From Micavibrio sp. UBA1664 (lineage in GTDB: Bacteria > Pseudomonadota > Alphaproteobacteria > Micavibrionales > UBA1664): a stretch of DNA of 39,063 bases. This document shows positions 26,075 to 36,212 of this stretch, in pieces (within the stretch, counting starts at the first letter, position 1; every line of letters starts with the position of its first letter). The stretch covers positions 1 through 39,063 of the forward strand of contig DCKW01000067.1 in the NCBI GenBank assembly GCA_002320485.1. The letters run 5' to 3'. The notes below the pieces were generated by a model. It saw only the letters and a list, made by a program, of their open reading frames with translations. It ran no database searches and was not told the DNA's origin. The position numbers were made by a program, and so were the translations under genes.

Positions 26075-27733
26075 TTATTCTTGCCGCCACCAGGTTTCCA
26101 ATACCATACCGTAAAGAGATTGGGTGTCGGGATGGTGAATATAAGGCCATCGCGCAACATAATCGACGCCTGTATAATAAAGGGGGATAAACAGGTTCTT
26201 TTCCATGATCATGCGGTCAAGCGTTTTTGTAAAATCCGTCAGGGTTTGATAATCGGTGGCATCAGCCAGTTCAGCAATAACTTTGTCGATTTGCTGATCG
26301 CATATACCTGAATAATTTCGCGATCCCTTGGTTTTGGCGGCGTCACATCCCCAATAAATATTTTGCTCAGTTCCGGGGGACAGGGAATTCACCCACCGCC
26401 AAGATACAAGATCATAATCATAATCATTCAACGCGCCGAAAAATTGTGCTGTATCCAGCAGGCGGATATTAAGGATAATACCAATGCGCTTTAAATCGCG
26501 TGCATATCCCAAGGCGATTTTTTCTTCGGCAGGATTGTTCAAAATTAGCGTCAGTTGAAAACGCTTGCCATCTTTTAACGGCCAACCCGCCTTGTCTAGC
26601 AGTCGGCTGGACTCGATCAGGGCAGCGCGTTTTTGCATATCGGGAAGGATAAAGTCCGATCCTAAAGGACTATTGGAAAATGTGCTGGTGATTCTTTTAG
26701 CTTTGCCGTGAAATAAAATCCGGTTCATCCATTTGAAGTCAAAAGCCAGTATCATGGCTTTTCGTACATCAGGATCGTTTAAAGGTGCACGGCGGGTGTT
26801 GAGAATAAATCCGCGCGTTTGTTCCGGTCTGGAATGGGGGAGTTCTTCTGTAACATATCCGCTGTTATCATCATAATTGACCAGCCATTTTGCCGGATTG
26901 GCCTCGCGCCTTATATCGCATGCGCCGGCTTTAAAGGCCTCGAGAGCGACCTGTTCGTCACGGTAATAATTAAAAACCATTTCATCAAAATTGTAATGGC
27001 CGACATTAACAGGGTTATTACGGGCCCAATAATCCGTCACTTTTTCATATGTGATTTTACGCCCTTCATCGATCGATTTGATTTTATATGGGCCGTTGCC
27101 AAGGGGAATGCGAAAACTGGTGGCGTCAAATTCCCGATTCTTCCAGTAAGCTGAGGAATAAATCGGCATCATTGCCAGTATCATTGCAGTTTCACGATTA
27201 TATCCCTCACCGAAATCAAATCGGATTGTGTACTGGTCCTGTTTTGTTACGGTGCTGACGAGGGAATAGACATTGCGTGTATTGGGTTTGCCTTTTTCCT
27301 TTAAGGTATTAAAAGAAAATTCGACATCTTTTGTAGTAATCGGCGTGTCGTCATGAAAACGGGCATTCGGATTTAATATAAAGGTGATGGATGATCTGTC
27401 GTCGGGGACAATAACTTTTTCCGCAATAACACCATACAAACTAAACGGCTCGTCCCAGACGCGGCGCATCAGTGAATCGTTGAGGAGGTATAAACCTTCC
27501 GCCGGCTTTCCCTTCATCGTGTTATCGTTCAACGTATCAAACGTCCCGATTGAACATTGTGTCATACGCCCCCCCTGTTGGGCATCGGCGTTAGCATATG
27601 GTAAGTATGAAAATCCCGCCTCATGCTTGGGTGCGCCGTGCATGGCAATCGCGTGAACAGGCTGGCTGTCGGCCTGAGCAGGAGTTGCCATCAGCATAGA
27701 TAGGAAAAGAGTGATAAGGACGATCACTCTCAT
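26075..27733 (-). CDS. Periplasmic ABC-transporter substrate-binding protein, family 5 (YejA/microcin C-oligopeptide type)
   Basis: 552 aa. Signal peptide ...ATPAQA, then VHAIAMHGAPKHEAGFSYLPYANADAQQGG as in YejA-type SBPs. No permease or ATPase genes are adjacent. Confidence 0.82.
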   Translation of the reverse strand: MRVIVLITLFLSMLMATPAQADSQPVHAIAMHGAPKHEAGFSYLPYANADAQQGGRMTQCSIGTFDTLNDNTMKGKPAEGLYLLNDSLMRRVWDEPFSLYGVIAEKVIVPDDRSSITFILNPNARFHDDTPITTKDVEFSFNTLKEKGKPNTRNVYSLVSTVTKQDQYTIRFDFGEGYNRETAMILAMMPIYSSAYWKNREFDATSFRIPLGNGPYKIKSIDEGRKITYEKVTDYWARNNPVNVGHYNFDEMVFNYYRDEQVALEAFKAGACDIRREANPAKWLVNYDDNSGYVTEELPHSRPEQTRGFILNTRRAPLNDPDVRKAMILAFDFKWMNRILFHGKAKRITSTFSNSPLGSDFILPDMQKRAALIESSRLLDKAGWPLKDGKRFQLTLILNNPAEEKIALGYARDLKRIGIILNIRLLDTAQFFGALNDYDYDLVSWRWVNSLSPGTEQNIYWGCDAAKTKGSRNYSGICDQQIDKVIAELADATDYQTLTDFTKTLDRMIMEKNLFIPLYYTGVDYVARWPYIHHPDTQSLYGMVLETWWRQE

Positions 27734-28707
27734 TCTTGCAAGAAATCCTTATATTGCATCAAAGGTCGCGGCCCGATATGGGTGATAACCTCTGCCGCCG
27801 CTTTGACACCGAGAAGTCCGCTAGCCTCTGGGCTCATGCCATGAGTATATCCATACAGAAATCCTGCCGCTAACTGGTCGCCGGCACCTGTAGAATCGAC
27901 AAGCCGGTCAACTTTCGGAGCAGGAACGAATATTTCTTCGCCGTTGAATATAATCGCAACGCCATCCGCCCCGCGTGTGCTCACAACAATCTTGCAGGTC
28001 TGACCTGCAATGCGCATGGCCTCATCCACGCTGTCTGTTTCATAGAGAGCCTGCAATTCGCGCTCGTTCCCGAATAAGATATCGACACTGCCTTTTACCA
28101 GTTCCTGAAAATCCTTGCGATGCCGCTCGACACAAAAACTATCTGATAGCGCGAGAGAGATTTCTCGCTCTGCCTCATGGGCGATTTTACCGGCAAGAAA
28201 ATAAGCCTCTTTCGCAGGATCTTTATCGAAAAGATAGCCTTCCATATGGGTGACGGCAGAATTTGAAATCAGAATATGATCAACATGTTCGACAGCCAGT
28301 TCAGTGCAAGCCCCTAAAAATGTGTTCATCGACCTTTCACCGTCAGGTGTAATAAACACATAACATCGGGCAGTTTCTTTAGAGCCGAGATAGCGTGAGG
28401 TATTATAGGTTAGACCGAGGGCGGACATATCATGATCGAAAATATCACCCAGCTGATCGGCGGCGACAACGCCGATATAGGCGCCTTTCCCGCCGAAAGA
28501 TGCAAGCCCAGCCATCGTGTTCGCGCATGACCCTCCCGAGACCTCCGTAACGTTTTTCATCGCTTTATATAATTCCTGTGCGCGATTCTCGTCGATAAGG
28601 GTCATTGCCCCTTTTTCGATTTTGTAATCTGTCAGAAATTGTTCATCACAAGGGGCGAGAACATCAACGATGGCATTACCTATGCCTGTCACGTCATAAA
28701 TCGGCAT
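27730..28707 (-). CDS. PfkB-family kinase, adenosine kinase type
   Basis: GIGNAIVDV, SGGSCANT, and the anion hole DSTGAGDQLAAGFLYG. ATG 28707 (AAGGAA SD) is preferred over TTG 28713. The stop overlaps the SBP start (ATGA). Confidence 0.8.
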   Translation of the reverse strand: MPIYDVTGIGNAIVDVLAPCDEQFLTDYKIEKGAMTLIDENRAQELYKAMKNVTEVSGGSCANTMAGLASFGGKGAYIGVVAADQLGDIFDHDMSALGLTYNTSRYLGSKETARCYVFITPDGERSMNTFLGACTELAVEHVDHILISNSAVTHMEGYLFDKDPAKEAYFLAGKIAHEAEREISLALSDSFCVERHRKDFQELVKGSVDILFGNERELQALYETDSVDEAMRIAGQTCKIVVSTRGADGVAIIFNGEEIFVPAPKVDRLVDSTGAGDQLAAGFLYGYTHGMSPEASGLLGVKAAAEVITHIGPRPLMQYKDFLQE

Positions 28708-28765
28708 AAACAAAGAATTCCTTTTTTACATTTTCTTTTTAACTATTGAACGTTATATATGTGGC

Positions 28766-29338
28766 ATGGGCAAGGCTACAATGCAAGACATAGAGCATCT
28801 GAAAAACAAAGTTATCCAGTCGGCGCTGGCTTTGGCTGAAATGCACAACTGGGCAGATGTCACCTTTCATCAGATAGTGCGGCATTGTGATTGCAACGAA
28901 GCGGATATCCGCGCGATTTTTGACGATAACGATGCGATTATATCCGCTTACGGACGAGAGGTGGATTTAAGGGTGGAGGAGGCTTTTGCCAATTTATCAC
29001 AGAGCGGTGAAAGCGAAAAAGACAGGTTGTTCGATGTTTTGATGGAGCGGTTTGATATTTTAAATGAAAACCGCGAGGCGGTCATATCAATTGTTAATGC
29101 TGTCACCCTTGATCCGCGCCAATCGATTCTTTCTCTACCTTCAGTGTTCAAATCGATGACACGAATGGTCGGAATCGCAAATATCAAATCCGAAGGTGTA
29201 AGAGAGACATTGAAAATCACCGCTTTAACAGCATTATATATTAAAATTTTAAGAGATTGGGTAAATGATGATAGCACCGATATGGCCCCCACCATGGCCA
29301 GTCTTGATAAGGCATTGAGTTATTTTGATAAACTTTAA
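28766..29338 (+). CDS. TetR-fold protein (TetR/AcrR-like, possibly COQ9-like)
   Basis: 190 aa. N-terminal three-helix region VIQSALALAEMHNWADVTFHQIVRHC and a C-terminal W..DDStDM..TMa.LD pattern. The family call is from recollection only. Confidence 0.5.
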   Translation: MGKATMQDIEHLKNKVIQSALALAEMHNWADVTFHQIVRHCDCNEADIRAIFDDNDAIISAYGREVDLRVEEAFANLSQSGESEKDRLFDVLMERFDILNENREAVISIVNAVTLDPRQSILSLPSVFKSMTRMVGIANIKSEGVRETLKITALTALYIKILRDWVNDDSTDMAPTMASLDKALSYFDKL

Positions 29339-29400
29339 AATAAAAAATATTCGGTCGAGATAGCTTGCCGCCCGTAAGCGAATTCATCATACTGTCATTC

Positions 29401-30111
29401 ATGTCGTTTATTGAAAATCTTTCAGGATTACAAGCCCAGAAAATCCGCCTTCTAATGCATTTGCGCCGTCGCGGTATTACATGTTCGCGGACGTTAGAGG
29501 CTATAGAGACAATCCCGCGCGAGATTTTTATTCCTTCAACCTTTCAGCATCAATCCTATGAAGATATGGCCTTGCCGATTGGTTTAGGGCAAACAATTTC
29601 ACAGCCTTTGGTCGTGGCAACGATGACTCAGGCTCTGGCGTTAACAGATCGCCATAAAGTCTTGGAAATCGGGACAGGGTCAGGGTATCAAGCCGCTATC
29701 CTATCACGTCTGTGCCGACGTCTTTATACAATCGAACGTCATAAGCCGTTGCTTAATCAGGCGGAAGATCGATTTTCCGAAATGCGCCTGCGCAATATTA
29801 CGGCCATGAATGGTGACGGCATGAAAGGCTGGGCGTATCAGGCACCTTTTGACCGGATCATTGTGACCGCCGCTGCACATGGTGATATCCCTAACGAATT
29901 GATGGCGCAGCTGGCGATTGGCGGAATCATGATTGCCCCCATAGGTGCCAGCGACGTTGATCAGACATTGGTAAAAATTCGCCGCGTGTCGGAAGGACAT
30001 TATGAACGGGAAAGTTTGTTTGCCGTACGGTTTGTGCCTTTATTGCCGGAAATTGCCGAGGAAACGCGGGATATAGATCCGGAATTCAACCAGATGAATG
30101 CTTTTGCGTAG
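29401..30111 (+). CDS. pcm: Protein-L-isoaspartate O-methyltransferase
   Basis: GQTISQPLVVATM, VLEIGTGSGYQAAILS. Start at ATG 29401. Confidence 0.9.
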   Translation: MSFIENLSGLQAQKIRLLMHLRRRGITCSRTLEAIETIPREIFIPSTFQHQSYEDMALPIGLGQTISQPLVVATMTQALALTDRHKVLEIGTGSGYQAAILSRLCRRLYTIERHKPLLNQAEDRFSEMRLRNITAMNGDGMKGWAYQAPFDRIIVTAAAHGDIPNELMAQLAIGGIMIAPIGASDVDQTLVKIRRVSEGHYERESLFAVRFVPLLPEIAEETRDIDPEFNQMNAFA

Positions 30112-30994
30112 ATATTCTTTCCTGCTTGCCGCCAGCACTTTCATAATCGCATCTTCTTGCGGACATGACCCGTCACAAGTCAAGGTTGTCGATATGGGGT
30201 TAGGAGGAGAGTCGGTGGGAACCGCAACCGTTGGCCGAAACGATACAATATCCGAAATTGCCGAACGGTATAATTTGCCCATGGAAAGTATTATTGCCGC
30301 CAACGGATTAAAACCGCCTTATATGGTTCATCCTAATCAAAGGTTACGCTTGCCGCCGCCCCGAACGTACAAGGTGCGTAAGGGTGATACGATATATGAA
30401 ATCTCACGATTATTCAGCACAACACAAACAGCGATTGTAAGGTTAAATACTATAAAAAAACCTTATCATATTCGCGAGGGGCAGGTTTTAAGAATGCCAA
30501 TGCCTGAACAATCGCTTACCCTTGTGTCATTGCGATCCACACCGCAAATCCCCGAAACCGCAAAAGTAAAAGCCCTGAAGAAAAAGGCGAAAATCGATCC
30601 GCCGGTCTTAAGCGGTAACGGAGAATTTTCACTTCCTGTCAGAGGGGATATTTTGTCCGGATACGGTCCTAAAGAGGGCGGCTTACATAATGACGGCATT
30701 AATATTGCCGCCGCACTTGGCACACCTGTTACAGCGGCACAATCGGGGGTGGTTGCGTATGTAGGGGATGCAATTGAAGGATACGGCAATTTGATCCTGC
30801 TTCGTCATGATGAGGGCTATATTACCGCTTACGCCCATTTGAACAGCGTTTCGGTCAAACGTGGGGATACGTTGTCACAAGGGCAACCTATCGGAACCGT
30901 GGGGCAAACAGGCTCGGTGACGCAGCCGCAATTACATTTCGAAATCCGTAAAGGGACAAAGGCATTAAACCCTGCCGTTTATTTAAGATCGTAA
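30098..30994 (+). CDS. LysM-domain M23 peptidase lipoprotein (NlpD-like)
   Basis: Lipobox IASSC, two LysM repeats, and an M23 core HNDGINI...YGNLILLRH...AYAHL...LHFEIR. The classic pcm-nlpD order, with a 14-nt overlap with pcm. Confidence 0.85.
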   Translation: MLLRRYSFLLAASTFIIASSCGHDPSQVKVVDMGLGGESVGTATVGRNDTISEIAERYNLPMESIIAANGLKPPYMVHPNQRLRLPPPRTYKVRKGDTIYEISRLFSTTQTAIVRLNTIKKPYHIREGQVLRMPMPEQSLTLVSLRSTPQIPETAKVKALKKKAKIDPPVLSGNGEFSLPVRGDILSGYGPKEGGLHNDGINIAAALGTPVTAAQSGVVAYVGDAIEGYGNLILLRHDEGYITAYAHLNSVSVKRGDTLSQGQPIGTVGQTGSVTQPQLHFEIRKGTKALNPAVYLRS

Positions 30995-30995
30995 T

Positions 30996-32411
30996 CTACA
31001 TCATAAAAGCGGCGGCAAGGCCTAGGAAGGCAAAAAAGCCGACAACGTCCGTTACAGTGGTCAGGAACACTGCCGAAGCCAAGGCAGGGTCGATGCCGAT
31101 TTTATCCAATATGATGGGAATGGCGATACCGAACAGGCCGGCTGTAATCATATTAATCACCATGGCAATGCCAATGACACTGGCTAATAGAGGCTGTTGA
31201 AACCAGAAAAAAGTAACTACCGAAATTATGACGGCAAAGGCAATTCCGTTTAACAAACCGACAAGAGTTTCCTTGCCGATCATCCGCATCATGTTCGTTC
31301 GTGACAAGGCGCGGGTGGCAAGGGCGCGAACGGTAATTGTCATGGTTTGCGTTCCTGCATTCCCGCCCATACTTGCCACAATCGGCATCAGGACGGCAAG
31401 GGCCACAATTTGTTGTATCGTGGCATCAAACATACCGATAACAAGGGATGCCAGAATTGCGGTTAACAGATTGATGGAAAGCCACGAAAAACGGGATTTT
31501 GTGGTATTCAGAATATCGCGATACATGTCTGATCCGCTTATCGATACCCCTGCCAGACGCAAAATATCTTCTTGGGCTTCCTCGTTGATAACATCATGGA
31601 TGTCGTCAAAGGTAATCACCCCGATCAGACGGTTGTTTGAATCCACCACAGGGGCCGATGTCATGTTATTATCCTGAAAAATATGGGCGACATCTTCCTG
31701 ATCCATATCGGCGGGGATAATATGGATATCCTGTTCCTTGATCAGGTCGGATATTTTTTCCGAACGCTTGGAACGGATCACCTGATTCAACGGCAGTTCA
31801 CCCACCACATGATACATAGGATCGATTACAAAAATATCGAAAAACTCGTAAGGGAGCTCTTCGCCCGCGGCACGTAAATAATCGATTGTTTTACCAACCG
31901 TCCAGAAAAGGGGGATGGCAACAAATTCGCGTTGCATCAATCGACCGGCGGTGTCTTCTTCGAAGGTCAGGCCTTCCTCGACAGTAGCCCTGTTTTTAGC
32001 CGACAGCTTTTTTATGACTTGTTTCTGGAATACAGGGTCAAGGTTATAGAGCATGTCAACCGCATCATCTGAATCAAGATCGGAAACAATATTGGCCACC
32101 TTGACCGGCTCCATCGATTCCAAAATATTTTTGCGGACATCGGCATCCAGTTCAACAAAAGTCTCAGACTCAAACTGTTTTAGATATTTTTCAATCAGTA
32201 GCGCCCGGTCGTCCGGCACGATTTTTTCCAGAAGCTCGGCTGATTCGGCAACTGTCAGGTCGTCAATAAGCTCACGAACCTGTTTACGGTCGCCCTCATG
32301 AAGCGCATCGGTAATATCACGGATGTCATCATCCGTAAATTCGCTGGAAGACGCGGGAATGTCTTCTTCTTTCAATTCGTCTTCAGAGATGTCCTTATCG
32401 TTTAATGCCAT
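30996..32411 (-). CDS. mgtE: Magnesium transporter MgtE
   Basis: 471 aa. MgtE N-domain, a CBS pair, and a five-TM C-terminal domain with PIVASMGGNAGTQ. Confidence 0.92.
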   Translation of the reverse strand: MALNDKDISEDELKEEDIPASSSEFTDDDIRDITDALHEGDRKQVRELIDDLTVAESAELLEKIVPDDRALLIEKYLKQFESETFVELDADVRKNILESMEPVKVANIVSDLDSDDAVDMLYNLDPVFQKQVIKKLSAKNRATVEEGLTFEEDTAGRLMQREFVAIPLFWTVGKTIDYLRAAGEELPYEFFDIFVIDPMYHVVGELPLNQVIRSKRSEKISDLIKEQDIHIIPADMDQEDVAHIFQDNNMTSAPVVDSNNRLIGVITFDDIHDVINEEAQEDILRLAGVSISGSDMYRDILNTTKSRFSWLSINLLTAILASLVIGMFDATIQQIVALAVLMPIVASMGGNAGTQTMTITVRALATRALSRTNMMRMIGKETLVGLLNGIAFAVIISVVTFFWFQQPLLASVIGIAMVINMITAGLFGIAIPIILDKIGIDPALASAVFLTTVTDVVGFFAFLGLAAAFMM

Positions 32412-32460
32412 GCGGATATATATAAATTATTTATATCCGTCTGTCATGGTAATAGATTTT

Positions 32461-32838
32461 TTAAGGGTGGGGGATGTGGGGGAGTGTTTTGATCAATTCC
32501 GCATTAGCATCATTTTTTCGTTGATACTCAAAAGGTCTTTCTACTATAGACTGGGTATCCGAAGCGGTAGCTACAGCTGCCAAAACTAGCGTGCCTGCTA
32601 TAAAAGCATTACTCCAGAATGCAAAACGCGCACCGCTTTCTTGAAGTCTAGGCATTAATGATGATGATGGTTCGCGTTGAACACGCATGCTTTCGGTTAA
32701 CAAAAGAGTGGAAGCAGGTGAGTGTTGTGTCGGCTGTTGATGACGGGCGGCAACACGTCTTTGAATGTTGATAAGTGCGTACTTTGCTACAGTTTCCTGA
32801 CATGGTTTACCGTGGCGAACAATAGTATTTTCCGACAT
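32461..32838 (-). CDS. Single-pass membrane protein, function unknown
   Basis: 125 aa. SD AGGGAGA 7 nt upstream, and one TM segment (FAFWSNAFIAGTLVLAAVATA) after about 80 cytoplasmic residues. Confidence 0.5.
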   Translation of the reverse strand: MSENTIVRHGKPCQETVAKYALINIQRRVAARHQQPTQHSPASTLLLTESMRVQREPSSSLMPRLQESGARFAFWSNAFIAGTLVLAAVATASDTQSIVERPFEYQRKNDANAELIKTLPHIPHP

Positions 32839-32901
32839 AAAATATCTCCCTGAAGTTTAATACAGGAAGATATTTATAATTATATGAAAAGTCAAATATT
32901 T

Positions 32902-35160
32902 TTATGCGCTGACTGAACTGAGAGCGGCCAAATTGACAAGTGTTCTTGGCGTTGCCGCCGCCGTGCATATATGCACTGGTTTGGCCATACCGAGGAGTAT
33001 AGGGCCGACTACGGTCGCTTCATTCAATATTTTGATGGCGTTATATGTGATGTTCGCCGCCTCGACATTCGGCATAACCAGTAGATTTGCCATACCTTCC
33101 ATTTTTGAATTAGGCATAACTGTTTTTCTTATATTGGCGGATAACGCGCAATCTGCATGCATTTCACCCTCGATTTTCAAAGAGGGATCTCTTTCTTTAA
33201 GAACATTTAATGCATCGCGCATTTTTGTCGCGGACGGCATATTGCTGGTTCCGAAATTGGAATGTGATGTTAACGCCACATTTGGCTCCAGCCCGAATTT
33301 TTTCATTTCTTCAGCGGCCAGCAAGGTTGTTTCCGCCAACTGACCAACCGACGGGTCTGGGTTAACATGTGTATCGGTGATAAACAAATTCCCCTTGTCC
33401 ATAATCAAACCGACGAGGGCCGCAGGGGTTTCAACCCCTTTTTGCAATCCGATAATCTGTTTCAAATGACGCAAATGGCGAATATATTGCCCGACCACAC
33501 CGCAAATCATGGCATCCGCTTCGCCGCGTTTGACCATGAGGGCGGCAATAACAGTGGTACTTGTTCTTATAACCGTCTTCGCTACATTTTCACTTACGCC
33601 CTTACGTTGCATGATCTGATGATAATGGGTCCAATAATCACGATAGCGAGGATCGTTTTCCGGGTCGCAAACTTCAACCTGTTCATCAAGCTTAATTCTT
33701 AAATGCAGTTTTTCGATACGTTGTTCAAGGACACGACGGCGTCCAATCAAGACAGGTTTTGCCAGGCCTTCATCAAGGACTGTTTGCACCGCCATCAAAA
33801 CACGTTCTTCCTCTCCTTCGGCAAAGACAACCCGTTTCGGATCTTGTTTAGCCTTGTCAAAAATCGGGCCCATGATCAGGTTTGAACGATAAAAATATTG
33901 CTGTAATTCGCGGCGATAGGCCTCGAAATCCTCAATCGGTTGCTGGGCCACACCGCTTTCCATGGCGGCTTTGGCAACAGCCAACGGCAGTTTAACAATA
34001 AGGCGCGGATCGAAAGGTTTTGGAATGAGGTAGTCAGGCCCAAACTCAAGATCTTCTCCTGCGTAAACGGATGCGACCTCATGATTGGCTTCCGCTTGCG
34101 CAAGTTCGGCGATGGCCTCGACACATGCCAGTTTCATTTCCTCATTAATACCTGTGGCACGGCAATCCAGTGCGCCACGGAATAAAAACGGAAAACAAAG
34201 AACGTTGTTAACCTGATTTGTATAGTCGGATCGTCCGGTGCAGACCACGGCATCAGGATGCACTTCCTTCACAAGTTCCGGCATAATTTCCGGCGTAGGA
34301 TTGGCAAGGGCCATAACCAGCGGTTTACCCGCCATTTTCGCGCAATTCTCCTGTGTTAGCGCGCCCGCAGCGGACAAGCCAAGAAAAACATCCGCATCCT
34401 GAATAGCATCGTCAAGTTCGCGTGCGTTAGTTTCAACGGCAAATTCTTCCTTGTACGGGTCCATACCTTCGGTACGGCCTTTGTAAATAACACCCTTACG
34501 GTCGCAGACGATGATGTTTTCTTTGGGTAATCCCAAGGCTTTCAAAATCTTAAGGCAGGATAGGGCGGATGCACCTGCGCCATTGGCGACTAACTTGATA
34601 TCCTGCATATTGCGGCCCGACCACTTGATCCAGTTTTTAAAGGCAGCACCGACAATAATTGCCGTCCCATGTTGGTCATCATGAAAAACCGGAATATTCA
34701 TGCGTTCTTTCAAACGTTTTTCAATCTCGAAACATGCGGGTGCGGAAATATCTTCAAGATTGATCCCTCCGAATGACGGTTCAAGGCGTGCGACTGTATC
34801 GCAAAAGGCATCAATGTCCGTCTCATCAATTTCGATGTCGATAGAATCGATAGCCGCAAATTTTTTAAATAATACGGATTTTCCCTCCATCACAGGTTTG
34901 GAAGCAAGGGCCCCGATATCCCCCAATCCCAATACGGCGGTTCCGTTGGATATAACGGCAACCATGTTACCACGCGATGTGTAGTCATAAGACGTCATCG
35001 GGTCTTTTTCAATTTCCAGACATGGGGCCGCCACACCCGGGGAATAGGCGAGCGCAAGATCACGTTGAGTGGTCAGTTGGGTTGTTGCCTGAATTGCAAT
35101 TTTACCGGGGGTCGGAAATTTGTGATAATCCAGTGCCGCTTGTTCTAATGCCTTGTCCAT
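32902..35160 (-). CDS. maeB: NADP-dependent malic enzyme (malic enzyme + PTA-like domain)
   Basis: 752 aa. N-terminal malic enzyme region ([25 protein letters not shown]) plus a C-terminal phosphotransacetylase-like domain. Confidence 0.93.
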   Translation of the reverse strand: MDKALEQAALDYHKFPTPGKIAIQATTQLTTQRDLALAYSPGVAAPCLEIEKDPMTSYDYTSRGNMVAVISNGTAVLGLGDIGALASKPVMEGKSVLFKKFAAIDSIDIEIDETDIDAFCDTVARLEPSFGGINLEDISAPACFEIEKRLKERMNIPVFHDDQHGTAIIVGAAFKNWIKWSGRNMQDIKLVANGAGASALSCLKILKALGLPKENIIVCDRKGVIYKGRTEGMDPYKEEFAVETNARELDDAIQDADVFLGLSAAGALTQENCAKMAGKPLVMALANPTPEIMPELVKEVHPDAVVCTGRSDYTNQVNNVLCFPFLFRGALDCRATGINEEMKLACVEAIAELAQAEANHEVASVYAGEDLEFGPDYLIPKPFDPRLIVKLPLAVAKAAMESGVAQQPIEDFEAYRRELQQYFYRSNLIMGPIFDKAKQDPKRVVFAEGEEERVLMAVQTVLDEGLAKPVLIGRRRVLEQRIEKLHLRIKLDEQVEVCDPENDPRYRDYWTHYHQIMQRKGVSENVAKTVIRTSTTVIAALMVKRGEADAMICGVVGQYIRHLRHLKQIIGLQKGVETPAALVGLIMDKGNLFITDTHVNPDPSVGQLAETTLLAAEEMKKFGLEPNVALTSHSNFGTSNMPSATKMRDALNVLKERDPSLKIEGEMHADCALSANIRKTVMPNSKMEGMANLLVMPNVEAANITYNAIKILNEATVVGPILLGMAKPVHICTAAATPRTLVNLAALSSVSA

Positions 35161-35245
35161 ATTCGTCCTCTATTGTTTGATGGCACTAATATGCCTATTT
35201 CATAGTCAAAAACAACAGGGCAAACCTTTTGCAGAGCAATAAATT

Positions 35246-35995
35246 TTAAACATAGAATAATTTGAATATCATCCATACACCCATGACCACCATCATGATA
35301 TTTTCGGTCAGGGAAATGAAACCCAAAGGGACATTGCTATTACCGCCGACACATGCGCATTTCAAATCGCGTTTATCGATGTACACCGCTTTAATCACTG
35401 AGAGTGCGCCGACAGACCCGATAAAGATGGCAATCACGGATACTACGGGTGTTAAAACCTCGGCAATCATGCCGATACCGACAAAAGCCTCGGCAAACGG
35501 GTAAAAATAGGCGTAGGGGACATATCGCATGCCAATTAAATCATAAGTGATAAATTGATTGGTAAAGGCAAACAAATCACGCAATTTCAAAATGGCTAGG
35601 ACACACATACTGTATGCAATAAACATCTCGGCAATTGGAATGAGGGAGAAACTGTTGCTCATCATCCAGATCGAAGCAATGGCCATCAAAAATGTCATGG
35701 CAAAAACCGCTATCACCGGTTGATATGTTTTTTTATTTGTTTGTTTACGCTCTTTGCCAAAATAGGCGCGTAAATCATCATACCCGCCGATTTTGTGACC
35801 TTCTATGAATGTTTGGGGTGTTGTTTCAACCTTATGTTTGGCCTTAAAGGCATCTGTTTCCTCGCGCGTTGTCAGATGGTGATCTTCAATCTGATAACCT
35901 TCGCGTTTTAATAAATCTTTCGATTTTATCCCAAACGGACATATATGGTTTTGCATCACCATACGATACAAAACGGCTTTTTTTTCTTCTGTCAT
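35246..35995 (-). CDS. Glutaredoxin-like domain fused to a MauE/DoxX-type membrane domain
   Basis: N-terminal Grx fold with CPFG and TTPQTFIEGHKIGGYDDL. C-terminal four to five TM segments with a CACVGG motif. Start at ATG 35995 (GGGAGA SD). Confidence 0.7.
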   Translation of the reverse strand: MTEEKKAVLYRMVMQNHICPFGIKSKDLLKREGYQIEDHHLTTREETDAFKAKHKVETTPQTFIEGHKIGGYDDLRAYFGKERKQTNKKTYQPVIAVFAMTFLMAIASIWMMSNSFSLIPIAEMFIAYSMCVLAILKLRDLFAFTNQFITYDLIGMRYVPYAYFYPFAEAFVGIGMIAEVLTPVVSVIAIFIGSVGALSVIKAVYIDKRDLKCACVGGNSNVPLGFISLTENIMMVVMGVWMIFKLFYV

Positions 35996-36053
35996 TGCTT
36001 TCTCCCGCAATACATACGGTATGAATAAAGAGTAAGTTCCCTCAAGATATCAA

Positions 36054-36140
36054 TGGTGCGACCGAGAAGACTCGAACTTCCACGGGCTTATCGCCCACAG
36101 CGACCTCAACGCTGCGCGTCTACCATTCCGCCACGATCGC
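36054..36140 (-). tRNA. tRNA-Leu (anticodon GAG)
   Basis: In the reverse complement: acceptor GCGAUCG/CGGUCGC, anticodon arm CAGCG-UUGAGGU-CGCUG, a long variable arm, T arm GGAAG-UUCGAGU-CUUCU, encoded CCA. Confidence 0.9.
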
Positions 36141-36212
36141 ACACCAAGATAGTAGATCGGCTAGGTATAAAAGAGATTGGATAATTTTGCAATGGTGTAT
36201 TAAAAAGGCTCT

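Noticed and set aside
32412-32460. M-box (Mg2+) riboswitch upstream of mgtE.
   Set aside because: The entire spacer is 49 nt, whereas M-box aptamers need well over 100 nt. Only a simple palindrome is present, and it is reported separately.
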